A stretch of 64,000 nt of DNA from Candidatus Dormiibacterota bacterium (GCA_963716365.1 OY970307.1:1551253-1615252); one strand, 5' to 3'. Numbered from the stretch's first letter, positions 1-9,563 are shown. The notes: a model not told the origin generated them from the letters alone. Translations and numbers: made by a program.

Positions 1-2
1 GG

Positions 3-656
3 ATCGCGTGCGCGGTCCCGTTGTTCGTCTATCTCTTTGTCGGCAAGGAGTACTACCCGGCGCCGACCATTCCGATCGTCATGGCAGCCGGCTTGATCGC
101 ACTCTCGCATCTCAAGCGCCCGCGACTGAGATCGTGGCTCGTGGCGGGCGTCGTTGTCGCGAGCCTCATCGATCTCGTCGCACTCGCGAAGATCACCATC
201 CCGACGACGCCGGCGGACCGCATGCATGCCAGTGGACTCGACAGCCTGGATTCGGATGACGCGTCGACTGTTGGCTGGGTATCGATCACGCAGCAGATGA
301 CGCGGATCTACGGCGCGCTCTCCGCCTCGGAGCGGGCCACGACCGTGATCGTGTCGTCTGATTACGGTGTCACCGGTGCGCTGCAGATCTACGGGAATTC
401 GCAGGCGCTCCCGCAGAGCTACAGCCCGCAGTTGAGCGACTACTACTGGCTCCCGCAACACGTGGTGGCGACCGACGTCCTGATGGTCGGTTACAACCCG
501 TCCGATATCAGATTCATGTGCACGTCAGCCACAGTCGTTGCGCATCTCACCATCCCGTTCCACGTGGTCAACCTGGAGTCGGGCTCTCCCGTGACGTTCT
601 GCACGCTCAACGCGCCACTCACCAGCGTGTGGGTGCGGCTCAAAGAGTTCTCGTAG
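3..656 (+). CDS. GT39/ArnT-like (PMT_2 family) integral membrane glycosyltransferase, C-terminal fragment; 5' end lies outside the window
   Basis: The reading frame is open from nt 3 to the stop at 654-656. The C-terminal region (VIVSSDYGVTGALQIYG...YYWLPQ) resembles the periplasmic C-terminus of ArnT/PMT_2-type GT-C transferases and of the 48310..50529 protein in this window. Confidence 0.5.
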   Translation: MACAVPLFVYLFVGKEYYPAPTIPIVMAAGLIALSHLKRPRLRSWLVAGVVVASLIDLVALAKITIPTTPADRMHASGLDSLDSDDASTVGWVSITQQMTRIYGALSASERATTVIVSSDYGVTGALQIYGNSQALPQSYSPQLSDYYWLPQHVVATDVLMVGYNPSDIRFMCTSATVVAHLTIPFHVVNLESGSPVTFCTLNAPLTSVWVRLKEFS

Positions 657-766
657 TCTGGTCGTACTCCCCTCCACCTCAATATACCATCGCGTCCGGG
701 GCTTGCGGCAAGCCGGGGGGTGTGGTGCAGAGTGTCGTGGCACGCGTTGGATTCCAGGAGCAATGT

Positions 767-2215
767 ATGTCCGAACATGCCGTGGTGATCGCCGGCGGCG
801 GTCCGACCGGGATGATGCTTGCAGCGGAGCTGACGTTGGCAGGGACCGACGTGGTCATCGTCGAGCGACGCCCGAGCTTCAAGCTCGAGAGCTCGCGCTC
901 GCGAGGGCTGCACTCCCGCACCATCGAAGTGCTCGACCAGCGCGGTGTGGCGGAGCGCTTCCTCGCCGAGGGGAAGGCGGTGCAGGTGCAGTCGTTCGCC
1001 GGCGTCCCGCTGAGCATCGCTGACTTCCCCACCAGACACAACTACGGGCTCGCGCTGCTGCAAAGTCATTTCGAGCGCATCATGTCGGGCTGGCTCGACG
1101 AGCTTGGTGTGCGCATCCTGCGCGAGCGCGAGGTGACTGGTTTCGCGCAGGACGAGAGCGGCGTTGACGTCGCGCTCTCGGACAGTACTTCGTTACGGGC
1201 GCAATATCTAGTGGGCTGCGACGGGGGCCGCAGCGTTGTGCGCAAGGTTGCCGGCATCGACTTCGCGGGCTGGGACGCAACCACATGCTGGATCCACGCG
1301 GAAGTGGAGATGGACCAGATGCCGGAATTCGGACTGCGTGGCGGTGGCGGCATCGGCCCGGCCGAGGAAGGACGCGTGGGCCTCACCCTGATCGAACCGG
1401 AGACAGATCGCACCGACGAGCCCACGCTGGACGATGTGCGCGCAGCGCTCATCCGCGTCGACGGAACGGACCACGGGGTACACAACGCTCGCTTCATCGC
1501 TCGCTTCACCGATGCGACACGACAGGCCGTCGCGTATCGCAGCGGGCGCGTGCTGGTTGCAGGAGATGCGGCACACGTGCACGCCCCGATGGGTGGTCAG
1601 GGACTGAACCTCGGTGTTCAGGACTCGGTCAACCTGGGCTGGAAGCTGGCGCAGGTCGTGAGCGGAGCCTCTCCGGTGGAACTCCTCGACACGTATCACG
1701 CGGAGCGTCATCCGGTCGCGGCAAGAGTCCTGCAGAACACCATGGCACAGCGAGCACTCGGCGCAACGGATGCGAGGTCCATTGCACTCCGCGACACTTT
1801 GGCGGAACTGCTGCACATGGACGAGCCGCGCAAACACATCGCAGGCATGATCTCGGGACTCGACATTGCGTATGACCTCGGCGAGGGACATCCGCTGTTG
1901 GGGCGTCGCATGCCCGACCTGGACTTGACCACCGCGGATGGCATCGTCCGCGTGTTCTCGTTGTTGCGCCGCGCGCGGCCGGTGCTGATCAATTTCGGTG
2001 CAGCCGGCGCTCTCAACATTGCGCCGTGGGCCGGCAGCGTTCAGCGCGTCGATGCCTCGTATGCCGGGATGTGGGAGCTTCCGGTGCTTGGTGAGGTCAG
2101 CGCGCCGACCGCCGTATTGGTGCGTCCCGATGGACACGCATCATGGGTTGGCGATGGCACCGATGCGGGCCTGCGCGAGGCGCTCACAACGTGGTTCGGC
2201 GACGAGGTGGCGTAG
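767..2215 (+). CDS. FAD-dependent aromatic-ring monooxygenase, PheA/TfdB family, rifampin monooxygenase (Rox)-like
   Basis: The 482-aa protein starts MSEHAVVIAGGGPTGMMLAAEL (GxGxxG FAD fold). It has the GCDGGRSVVRK and GDAAHVHAPMGGQGLNLGVQD motifs of group A flavin monooxygenases and a C-terminal thioredoxin-like domain as in Rox. The annotated 5' extension from 518 is rejected because the conserved N-terminus begins at 767. Confidence 0.8.
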   Translation: MSEHAVVIAGGGPTGMMLAAELTLAGTDVVIVERRPSFKLESSRSRGLHSRTIEVLDQRGVAERFLAEGKAVQVQSFAGVPLSIADFPTRHNYGLALLQSHFERIMSGWLDELGVRILREREVTGFAQDESGVDVALSDSTSLRAQYLVGCDGGRSVVRKVAGIDFAGWDATTCWIHAEVEMDQMPEFGLRGGGGIGPAEEGRVGLTLIEPETDRTDEPTLDDVRAALIRVDGTDHGVHNARFIARFTDATRQAVAYRSGRVLVAGDAAHVHAPMGGQGLNLGVQDSVNLGWKLAQVVSGASPVELLDTYHAERHPVAARVLQNTMAQRALGATDARSIALRDTLAELLHMDEPRKHIAGMISGLDIAYDLGEGHPLLGRRMPDLDLTTADGIVRVFSLLRRARPVLINFGAAGALNIAPWAGSVQRVDASYAGMWELPVLGEVSAPTAVLVRPDGHASWVGDGTDAGLREALTTWFGDEVA

Positions 2216-2476
2216 CTCAGCTCGCGGAGGGATCGCCCACCGAGGATGGGCCGTTTCGGCTTGCGGACGCCGGTGATGAAGCGCGAGACGAAGGGCTCGC
2301 CGGCACGGAGCGCGACATCGGTCCGGCTCACGGTCGTCGCGCGGACTTTGATGAGGACCTCGTCGTCCTTGGGCACAGGCCGGTCTACGTCTCCCAGGCG
2401 CAGAACGTCCGGCGGCCCGTATGGATCGTGGACAACCGCTCTCATGCGACACGGCACGATGGCACGGTTCGGAGTC

Positions 2477-3121
2477 TCATCGTCCGAACGCCCAGGCCAT
2501 CATGAGCGGGAACTCATCCCGCCACAGCCGGGCACCGTGCGACACCTCGCGCCGGTTCATCACGACGTCGGCACCTGCATCGCGCAGCGCGACTTCCCAG
2601 CGGATCGCGTTCTCGAGGAAGAACGGCTCGAGCGTGCCGCCAAAGAGATACACGCATGGCAGGGAGCTCGGCATCGCAGGTGGTGGTCGGTACCCGCCGC
2701 CCGGTGAGCCGGCGACCACGACGCCGTAGATGTCCGGGTGGCGAAGGCCAAGGGCCAGCGCGAGCTCTGCTCCTGCCGAGTAGCCGAACACAGCCGTCCG
2801 GTCGGTGGCGAGCGCGACCCCGAAACGGGACTCTGTCCAACGACGGACGTCCTCGACGAAGAATCGCTCATGGGCTGAAAACCGTTCCGCGTCGAAGACC
2901 GGCGTGTACTCGTGAAGGCGCGGCATCTCTTCGGGGAGCGAATGGACGCCGACGATCATCGTGGGCGGGACGTCGGCTGCTTCGAGGACGCTCCCCCACG
3001 TCGCGAGGCCCTGACCGTCGCCTGCGAAGACGATCGCCTCAGGCGGATCCGAAGGGACGTACACCGAGACCTGGCGACCACCGTCGTACTCGAGCAGCGT
3101 CTCGGTGACGAGCTCTCCCAC
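2477..3121 (-). CDS. alpha/beta-hydrolase fold esterase (putative esterase / enterochelin-esterase-like family)
   Basis: 214 aa. Contains GYSAGAELAL (GxSxG nucleophile elbow) and the overall pattern of the 'putative esterase' family. Confidence 0.65.
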   Translation of the reverse strand: MGELVTETLLEYDGGRQVSVYVPSDPPEAIVFAGDGQGLATWGSVLEAADVPPTMIVGVHSLPEEMPRLHEYTPVFDAERFSAHERFFVEDVRRWTESRFGVALATDRTAVFGYSAGAELALALGLRHPDIYGVVVAGSPGGGYRPPPAMPSSLPCVYLFGGTLEPFFLENAIRWEVALRDAGADVVMNRREVSHGARLWRDEFPLMMAWAFGR

Positions 3122-3567
3122 TACCGCGCCGTCGCACCGTCGATCGTCGTCCCGAGCAGCCGGAGCAGCAGGGCATCAAACGTCTGCAACTCGGCGGGCG
3201 TCAGGCCCGCAAATGAGCGAGCGACAACACCGTCAACGATCTTGCCTCCTGCAACGCGCAGCTCACGGCCCTTGGCGGTCAGCTGGTGATGCACGGCTCT
3301 GCCAGGAGCCGGTACGCGTTTGATGAGTTCCCGCTCGATCAGGCGGCCAGCGAGCGCGCCAAATGACTGATCGGTCTGGAACGTGAGTTGCGCGAGATCG
3401 TGGAGCGAGGCGTCAGGGTTCTGATCGAGGTGGCGCAGCGCATCCCACTGAACGAGCGTGATGTCGAGTGCCGCCAGCTCCGCATCCAGGGCGCGGTGAT
3501 GGCGCATCTGGAGCCGCTTGACCGAGAGTCCCACCTCTTGGAGTGGTCGCGTCACACCGTCGAGCAT
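3121..3567 (-). CDS. MarR family transcriptional regulator
   Basis: 149 aa starting from the internal ATG (MLDGVTRPLQEV...). It has winged-HTH MarR signatures (LTLVQWDALRHL...). An AAGGAGG RBS sits about 13 nt upstream on the minus strand. The 180-aa ORF-track version adds an unlikely N-terminal extension. Confidence 0.75.
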   Translation of the reverse strand: MLDGVTRPLQEVGLSVKRLQMRHHRALDAELAALDITLVQWDALRHLDQNPDASLHDLAQLTFQTDQSFGALAGRLIERELIKRVPAPGRAVHHQLTAKGRELRVAGGKIVDGVVARSFAGLTPAELQTFDALLLRLLGTTIDGATAR

Positions 3568-3588
3568 AGCAAATAGTAAGCCTCCTTG

Positions 3589-3618
3589 TATAAGCTTGCT
3601 TTTCTCAGTGTGCTTATA
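3589..3618. promoter_or_regulatory. AT-rich inverted repeat TATAAGC-N16-GCTTATA in the divergent marR / hydrolase intergenic region (candidate MarR operator and promoters)
   Basis: The sequence tataagcttgcttttctcagtgtgcttata has 7-bp perfect arms. It is the only AT-rich stretch in this neighbourhood and lies between the divergent MarR gene and the hydrolase at 3657. Confidence 0.4.
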
Positions 3619-3656
3619 TACACTCCCCGAGATACCGCCGAGACACGAGGAGGCTG

Positions 3657-4463
3657 ATGCCAATGACCACGACCATCACCCAACAACTCACCGTCGAAGG
3701 CATCGGCCCTGTCGATGTGACGGTCTCCCAGAACGGAGCCGGACGCACCTTTCTGCTGCTCCACGGTGGCGCCGGACCCCAGTCAGTCGCCGGTTTCGCG
3801 GAGTTGCTCGTCGCGAGCGAGCCGGCGCGCGTCATCACCCCGACGCACCCCGGCTTCGGGGGCACCGCGCGCCCTGAAGCACTCTCCACGGTCCCAGCCC
3901 TGGCGCGGCTGTACGTCAGCCTCCTCGATGCGCTCGATCTCCACAACGTGACCGTGATCGGCAACTCCGTCGGTGGCTGGATTGCCTCCGAAATGGCCCT
4001 GCTCGGCTCAGCGCGCATCAGCGCTCTCGTGCTCGTGGACGCGGTCGGCATCGAGGTCGACGGCCATCCCGTCGCGGACTTCTTCGCGCTGACCCTCGAT
4101 CAGGTGTCCCAGCTGAGCTACCACGACCCGATCAAGTTCCGGATCGACCCTTCGACGATGCCGCCGGCACAGCAGCAGGCGATGGCCGGCAACCGCGCGA
4201 CCCTTGCGGTCTACGCCGGGGCGGGATCGGGATCGATGCTCGATCCGACGCTGCGCGATCGCCTCGGCGCGGTCTCTGTGCCGGCGCTCGTGCTGTGGGG
4301 CGACAGCGATCGGATCGTCGATCCGGAGTATGGCCGGGCGTTCGCGGCGGCGATCCCGAAAGCTCGGTTCGAGCTGCTCCCCGACACCGGTCACGTTCCG
4401 CAACTCGAGACCCCGGAACAGCTGCTCGCCGCAATCTGGAGTTTCGCGGAGAGCAACACCTGA
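3657..4463 (+). CDS. alpha/beta hydrolase fold protein
   Basis: 268 aa with an HGG oxyanion motif (LLLHGGAGP), a GNSVGG nucleophile elbow, and C-terminal Asp/His. A GAGGAGG RBS lies 7 nt upstream. Confidence 0.8.
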   Translation: MPMTTTITQQLTVEGIGPVDVTVSQNGAGRTFLLLHGGAGPQSVAGFAELLVASEPARVITPTHPGFGGTARPEALSTVPALARLYVSLLDALDLHNVTVIGNSVGGWIASEMALLGSARISALVLVDAVGIEVDGHPVADFFALTLDQVSQLSYHDPIKFRIDPSTMPPAQQQAMAGNRATLAVYAGAGSGSMLDPTLRDRLGAVSVPALVLWGDSDRIVDPEYGRAFAAAIPKARFELLPDTGHVPQLETPEQLLAAIWSFAESNT

Positions 4464-4738
4464 GTTCGTGACGACTTTGACGGCGCCTGCGCCGACGCTT
4501 AGCCCGTGCGTGTGGCCACGCGTCGTGATGGAAGGGTCGACGAAATCGGCTCGGACCTGATGTTCAATACGCCGGCTTGCTCGGAGGCGCTCAGGATCGC
4601 GCTGACTCCGGCGGAGCCCTAGGGAGACTGGACGGACGCCCGGCGATTCGTTACGCGATCGTCGGCGATCGTGCGATCGCATCCCGCCCTCTCCGGCGAC
4701 GATCGAATCCTTCCGAGAAACCCATATCCCTTCCTGAT

Positions 4739-4780
4739 GGCGACGCCCACGTGTCATGACCCACACGCTGGGCGTCGCCG
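4739..4780 (-). terminator. GC-rich imperfect inverted repeat immediately 3' of the 4800..6524 gene (candidate terminator hairpin, no U-tract)
   Basis: ggcgacgcccacgtgt...acacgctgggcgtcgcc has arms matching 16/17, centred about 30 nt beyond the stop at 4800. Confidence 0.3.
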
Positions 4781-4799
4781 TCCCCCCTTCCCAACGGCG

Positions 4800-6524
4800 T
4801 CAGGCGCCGACGGTCACTCCTGAAGCCTCGAGCCGATCGAAGACCAGTCGCACTGCCATCGATCCCTCACCGATCGCGGTCGCAACGCGCTTGATGGATC
4901 TGCTCCTCGCGTCGCCGACGCAGAAGACACCCGGCCTGCTCGTCTCGAGAAGCAGTGGTTGCTGATCGAGCGTGCTTGCAGGGACGTCACTGCCGGTGAG
5001 CAGGAAACCGTCTTCATCGGCCGCGAGCTGGCCGTTGAGCCATTGTGTGCACGGCATCGCGCCGATGAACGTGAAGAGGCCGCACGTTGGATGCGTGACG
5101 ATCTTACCCGAGCCGTTGTCGCGCAACGTGACGCCTTCGAGTTCCCCGTCGCCGAGCAGCCCGATGACCTCGGTTTTAGGAGCAACGGAGATGCGTGGGT
5201 CGCGCGCGATCTCGTCGAGCAGATAACGGGACATCGAGTGGCTCAACCCATCAGCGCGGATCGCAATGAGCACCTGGGTGCACCACCGCGAGAGAAAGAG
5301 CGCCGCCTGGCCCGCCGAGTTGCCGCCACCAACGATCACCGCCGGTCCACCGGAACAGGCCTGCGCCTCCATCTGGGTCGCCGCGTAGTAGACGCCGACG
5401 CTTTCGAAGTCCGCCAGATGATCGAGCGGCAGCCTGTTGTAGCGCGCTCCGGTGGCGATGATGACCGCGCGCGCGGAGATCACCTCGCCACCGTCGAGCG
5501 TCACGCGATGCGAATCGCCGGTCGACGACAGCGCGGCAGCCCCCGCGCCGAGCTTGATCCGCACCCCGAACTTCTCCGCCTGCAACGCCGCGCGTTCCGC
5601 CAACTCCTCGCCGGAGAGACCGGCGGGGAACCCCAGGTAGTTCTCGATGCGTGACGACGTGCCTGCCTGACCGCCGAGCGCCGTATTCTCGACGATGACG
5701 GTCCGCATCCCCTCGGACGCGCCGTACACACCGGCCGCGAGCCCGGCGGGACCACCGCCGACCACGAGCAGGTCGCAGTCGTCGGAGGCTGCGCTGGCGG
5801 ACGGTGCTGCGGTGAGACCGAGCGCGACCAGCAGCGCGTGATCGGTTGGGTTGGAAAGCAGTGCACCACCGGGCGCGATGACGAGCGGCAGGTCGTCGGG
5901 TGAGACATCGAGCTGGCGAAGCGTCTGCTCGGCCTCCGGCATGCTTTCGAGCTCGAGCCATCGAAAGGCGACGCGATTCCGGGCGAGGACATCGAGCAGC
6001 CGCCGCGTCTTGCGGTCGAACCGCGACCCCACAAGCGTAAGTCCCAGTCCCATCTGCGTCAACCGAACGTGGCGGAGCAGGAACGCCCGCAGGAGGTAGT
6101 CACTCAGGTCGGCTTCCTCGGCCATGATGGTCCGCACCTGCTCGATGGGAACTCGGAGGACGCGCCCGGGCTGCGTCGCCACCGCCGTCAGGAACACGCG
6201 CTGACCGGTCAGGAGCCCTTTCTCACCAAGGAACTCTCGCGCCCCGTACGAGATGATCACCTGCTCCTCGGGCTTGCCGTAGTGGTCGACGATGTCGACC
6301 GCGCCCTCGAGAATCACGACCAGGTCGTACGTGGTGTCACCGTCGGCAAACAGCAGATCGCCTTGTCCCACCTGGGATTCGTCGCCATACCGGCGCAGGG
6401 TCGCGAGCTGCAACTCACCAAGGAGCGGGCGCGCGTCTGCGGCATCGGGCGGCGTGACGATGGGCGCGCCACGGACCGGATCGTGACGGGTCGCTACTGG
6501 TGTTTCTACGTGGTGGTCCGACAT
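4800..6524 (-). CDS. cyclic-nucleotide-binding domain protein fused to a thioredoxin-reductase-like FAD/NAD(P)H oxidoreductase
   Basis: 574 aa. The N-terminus has a CAP/cNMP-binding beta-roll (GDLLFADGD...GEKGLLTGQRV). The C-terminal half is TrxR-like (VVGGGPAGLAAGVY, GGGNSAGQAALFL, FCVGDA). The canonical CATC redox disulfide is replaced by ACSGG. Confidence 0.8.
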   Translation of the reverse strand: MSDHHVETPVATRHDPVRGAPIVTPPDAADARPLLGELQLATLRRYGDESQVGQGDLLFADGDTTYDLVVILEGAVDIVDHYGKPEEQVIISYGAREFLGEKGLLTGQRVFLTAVATQPGRVLRVPIEQVRTIMAEEADLSDYLLRAFLLRHVRLTQMGLGLTLVGSRFDRKTRRLLDVLARNRVAFRWLELESMPEAEQTLRQLDVSPDDLPLVIAPGGALLSNPTDHALLVALGLTAAPSASAASDDCDLLVVGGGPAGLAAGVYGASEGMRTVIVENTALGGQAGTSSRIENYLGFPAGLSGEELAERAALQAEKFGVRIKLGAGAAALSSTGDSHRVTLDGGEVISARAVIIATGARYNRLPLDHLADFESVGVYYAATQMEAQACSGGPAVIVGGGNSAGQAALFLSRWCTQVLIAIRADGLSHSMSRYLLDEIARDPRISVAPKTEVIGLLGDGELEGVTLRDNGSGKIVTHPTCGLFTFIGAMPCTQWLNGQLAADEDGFLLTGSDVPASTLDQQPLLLETSRPGVFCVGDARSRSIKRVATAIGEGSMAVRLVFDRLEASGVTVGA

Positions 6525-6636
6525 TCATGGCTCCGGTGCTGTCAGCCGGGGGCCGCGTGGCTCGCCTCGATCATAGGTCTCTCTCCTGGGATCTTGTCCC
6601 GGGGCGTCGCATCTGAGCTGACCAAACTGGAACCAT

Positions 6637-7692
6637 GTGGATGTGCGAATCGATGTGGGGCGCCCCGGGAATCTGACAGGCCGCCAGGCCGCTATCGCAG
6701 CGCTCGAGCGCATCGCACACATCCTCGAGCGCGAACAGGAGCCCACATACCGGGTGCGCGCTTTCCGCAATGCCGCCGCTGTCGTTCGTGCGCTCTCCGA
6801 CACGGAGTTGGAGGAGCGCGGCAGGCGCCGCACGCTGCAAAGCCTTGCGGGAATCGGGCCGGCGACCGCACGGGTCATCGAGGAGGTGCTTGCGGGTACG
6901 ATTCCGGCGTACCTCGAGCGCCTCGAAACAGAGGCCCCGCCGATACCGGCCGACGCGCTGGCACTGCGCGCGGCCCTGCGTGGTGACTGTCACGTGCACT
7001 CCGACTGGTCAGACGGCGGCAGCCCAATCGAGGAGATGGCTCGCACCGCTATCGACCTTGGACATGAGTACATGGTGCTCACGGACCACTCGCCGCGGCT
7101 GACGGTTGCGCACGGGCTGAGCATCGAGCGCCTCCGCGAGCAGCTCGACGTCGTGCGCGAGATCAACGAGCGGCTCGCGCCGTTTCGCATCCTCACAGGC
7201 ATCGAGGTCGACATCCTCGAGGATGGCGAGCTCGACCAGGAGCCGGACCTGCTCGCGCAGCTCGACGTCGTCGTCGCGAGCGTGCATTCCAAGCTGCGCA
7301 TGCCGGGTGCGGAGATGACACCGCGGATGATCGCCGCAATCCGCAACCCGCACATGGACATCCTTGGTCACTGCACCGGGCGGATGGTCGTCGGCCGCGG
7401 CCGGCCGGAGTCGGAGTTCGATGCCGATGCGGTGTTCGCAGCGTGTCGCGAGCATCACGTCGCCGTCGAGGTCAACGCACGCCCGGAGCGGCTCGATCCC
7501 CCGAAACGCCTGCTCACCCTCGCGATCGAGACCGGATGCCAGGTCGCCATCGACACCGACGCGCACGCGCCGGGTCAGCTCGAGTGGCAGCTACGCGGGT
7601 GCGAGCGTGCTGCCCTGTGTGGTGTTTCTGCCGATATGGTCATCAACACGATGCCAGCAGACGACCTCCTCGCGTGGACACGGGCGGGGTGA
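6637..7692 (+). CDS. PHP domain protein with an N-terminal PolX-like helix-hairpin-helix / 8-kDa region (PolX lacking the polymerase core)
   Basis: 351 aa with a GTG start. The N-terminus (YRVRAFRNAA...LAGIGPATARVIEEVL) is PolX-lyase/HhH-like. It is followed by PHP metal-binding motifs (HVHSDWSDG, LTDHSP, HS, DTDAH). Confidence 0.7.
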   Translation: MDVRIDVGRPGNLTGRQAAIAALERIAHILEREQEPTYRVRAFRNAAAVVRALSDTELEERGRRRTLQSLAGIGPATARVIEEVLAGTIPAYLERLETEAPPIPADALALRAALRGDCHVHSDWSDGGSPIEEMARTAIDLGHEYMVLTDHSPRLTVAHGLSIERLREQLDVVREINERLAPFRILTGIEVDILEDGELDQEPDLLAQLDVVVASVHSKLRMPGAEMTPRMIAAIRNPHMDILGHCTGRMVVGRGRPESEFDADAVFAACREHHVAVEVNARPERLDPPKRLLTLAIETGCQVAIDTDAHAPGQLEWQLRGCERAALCGVSADMVINTMPADDLLAWTRAG

Positions 7693-7693
7693 C

Positions 7694-8962
7694 TCAGGCT
7701 GGCGCGTAGCTTCTGAGCAATGGCTCCCAGTCCGCGTCGTGTGCACTCACGGTCCGTTGCGGTGGCACCACTGGTAGCGTCGACTTGAACCCCGCACCGG
7801 TGTCGAACGCAACGACGGTGTCGTCGGGCCCGATGGCCCCTTGACGGCGAAGCTCCGGCAGTGACGCGAACACTGCGGCGGTCTCGAGGCTCAGGAATCG
7901 GGCGCCGTGACTCGCCGCGAAAGCCTGCGTCGGTGCGAGCTCGGCCTCGGGTACCGCGATCGCCGTGCCGCCCGATGTGGTGATCGCTTCAAGGATGAGG
8001 AAGTCGCCGACGCTGCTCGGCACGCGCAAGCCTGCTGCCTCGGTCGTGGCGTCTTCCCAGGGCTCTGCGAATTGCTTGCCGGCGAGGAACGCGCGCACCA
8101 ATGGCGCGCAGCCCTCGACCTGAATGCCGACCATCCGCGGACGCGCAGCGCCGAGCAAACCCATCGCCTCGAGCTCCGCGAACGCCTTCCACATCCCGAT
8201 GAGGCCGGTCCCGCCACCCATCGGATAGACGATCACATCGGGCAGCGACCAGCCGAGGTCCTCCGCGAGCTCGATCCCCATCGTCTTCTTGCCCTCGACG
8301 CGATACGGCTCTTTGAGTGTGCTCAGGTTGAACGCGCCAGTGCGCTCCGCGATGCGCGCCGTCAACCGCCCGCAATCCGAGATGAGGCCGTCGACAAGGA
8401 TGAGATCGGCGCCGCACGCCGCGACCTCAACCTGGTTGACGACTGGGGCGTCGCTCGGCATGACGACCGTCGCCTGCAGGCCCGCGACGGCGGCATACGC
8501 GGCCAGCGCGCCGCCGGCATTGCCCGCCGACGGCATCACGAAGCGTGTGGCTCCAAGCTCTTTGGCGCGGCTCACGGCAACCGTCATGCCGCGTGCCTTG
8601 AACGATCCTGTCGGATTCAGGCTCTCTGCTTTCACGAGCAGCCGGCGGATCCCGTACGCAGCGCCAAGTCGTGGCGCCTCCAGCAACGGCGTCGAACCTT
8701 CACCCAGGGTGACGACGTTCGCCCAATCGCGCACCGGGAGAACCTCGCTCCACCGCCACACGCCGAGTGTGCGATCGCGACCGTTGTGCTGACGATCGCG
8801 CAGCGTGCTGGCCGCTTGCTCGAGGTCGTAGCGGGCGAGCAGCGGACGGCTGTCGGACGGGTCGACGGTCACCAGCTCGTCGGCCGAGTAGGAGATGTGA
8901 CTGAGCCCGCCCTCGAGGTGCGTCAGCGTGGAACCAGTCGCGCTGGTATCTACGTCGCTCAT
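7694..8962 (-). CDS. threonine synthase family PLP-dependent enzyme
   Basis: 422 aa. It has the PTGSFKARG lysine motif and a glycine-rich PLP loop (GNAGGALAAYAA), with a fold-type II PLP enzyme layout. Confidence 0.65.
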   Translation of the reverse strand: MSDVDTSATGSTLTHLEGGLSHISYSADELVTVDPSDSRPLLARYDLEQAASTLRDRQHNGRDRTLGVWRWSEVLPVRDWANVVTLGEGSTPLLEAPRLGAAYGIRRLLVKAESLNPTGSFKARGMTVAVSRAKELGATRFVMPSAGNAGGALAAYAAVAGLQATVVMPSDAPVVNQVEVAACGADLILVDGLISDCGRLTARIAERTGAFNLSTLKEPYRVEGKKTMGIELAEDLGWSLPDVIVYPMGGGTGLIGMWKAFAELEAMGLLGAARPRMVGIQVEGCAPLVRAFLAGKQFAEPWEDATTEAAGLRVPSSVGDFLILEAITTSGGTAIAVPEAELAPTQAFAASHGARFLSLETAAVFASLPELRRQGAIGPDDTVVAFDTGAGFKSTLPVVPPQRTVSAHDADWEPLLRSYAPA

Positions 8963-9032
8963 GACGCCTCGCTCCCGGCACTGCTCGGGACGCCGACAAT
9001 CGAAACGTGGCTCATGTTCGGACTATAGACGC

Positions 9033-9548
9033 GTGATCCTCCCCAAGATCCGTGATCCACGGTTCATCACAGTGCGTCGCGGCGGTACCCTCCGGGACAC
9101 CGATCATCACCTCCTCGCGTTGTGGGCGGCTGATTGCGCGGAGCACGTGCTGCACCTCTTCGAGCAGGTACGTCCGGACGACGACCGTCCACGCCGAGCG
9201 ATCGAGCTGGGCCGGTCGTGGGCCCGCGGCGAGATCACGTGGTGGGAGGCGCGCACCGCGGGCGGCCATGCGAATGGGGCGGCCAGAGACCTGAGCGGGG
9301 CACCACGGCATGCCGCCTACGCTGCCGGTCAGGCCGCAGCGGTGGGCCACGTGGCGGCGCATGAGCTCGGGGCAGCTGCCTACGCCATCAAGGCCGTGCG
9401 AGCGGCAGCAATCGCGGACGACGGCGTGGCGGCGGGCCGTCTAGAGTGCCAGTGGCAGCACGACCAGCTCCCCAAGGAGATCCGAGCACTCGTCCTCGAC
9501 GACGAGCGGCTCCGCAACGAGTTGTGTTGGTTTGCCTTCGATTGCTGA
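9033..9548 (+). CDS. hypothetical all-helical protein (resembles 'putative immunity protein' / Imm-5-like family)
   Basis: The motif LALWAADCAEHVLHLFE is followed by an Ala-rich helical region. The start was chosen at an in-frame GTG after the thrC-like stop; the 8928 start would overlap the upstream gene by 35 nt. Family assignment is from memory. Confidence 0.4.
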   Translation: MILPKIRDPRFITVRRGGTLRDTDHHLLALWAADCAEHVLHLFEQVRPDDDRPRRAIELGRSWARGEITWWEARTAGGHANGAARDLSGAPRHAAYAAGQAAAVGHVAAHELGAAAYAIKAVRAAAIADDGVAAGRLECQWQHDQLPKEIRALVLDDERLRNELCWFAFDC

Positions 9549-9563
9549 CGCGGGCCGCGTCCG

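Noticed and set aside
518-766. 5' extension of the monooxygenase ORF (annotated start 518)
   Set aside because: The conserved FAD-binding N-terminus (MSEHAVVIAGGGPTG) begins at 767, and the extension is low-complexity, Arg/His-rich.
4464-4799. Small ORFs (60-69 aa) in the hydrolase / cNMP-TrxR intergenic region
   Set aside because: They have no RBS and low-complexity translations. The region is better explained as the 3' UTR and terminator hairpin of the 4800 gene.
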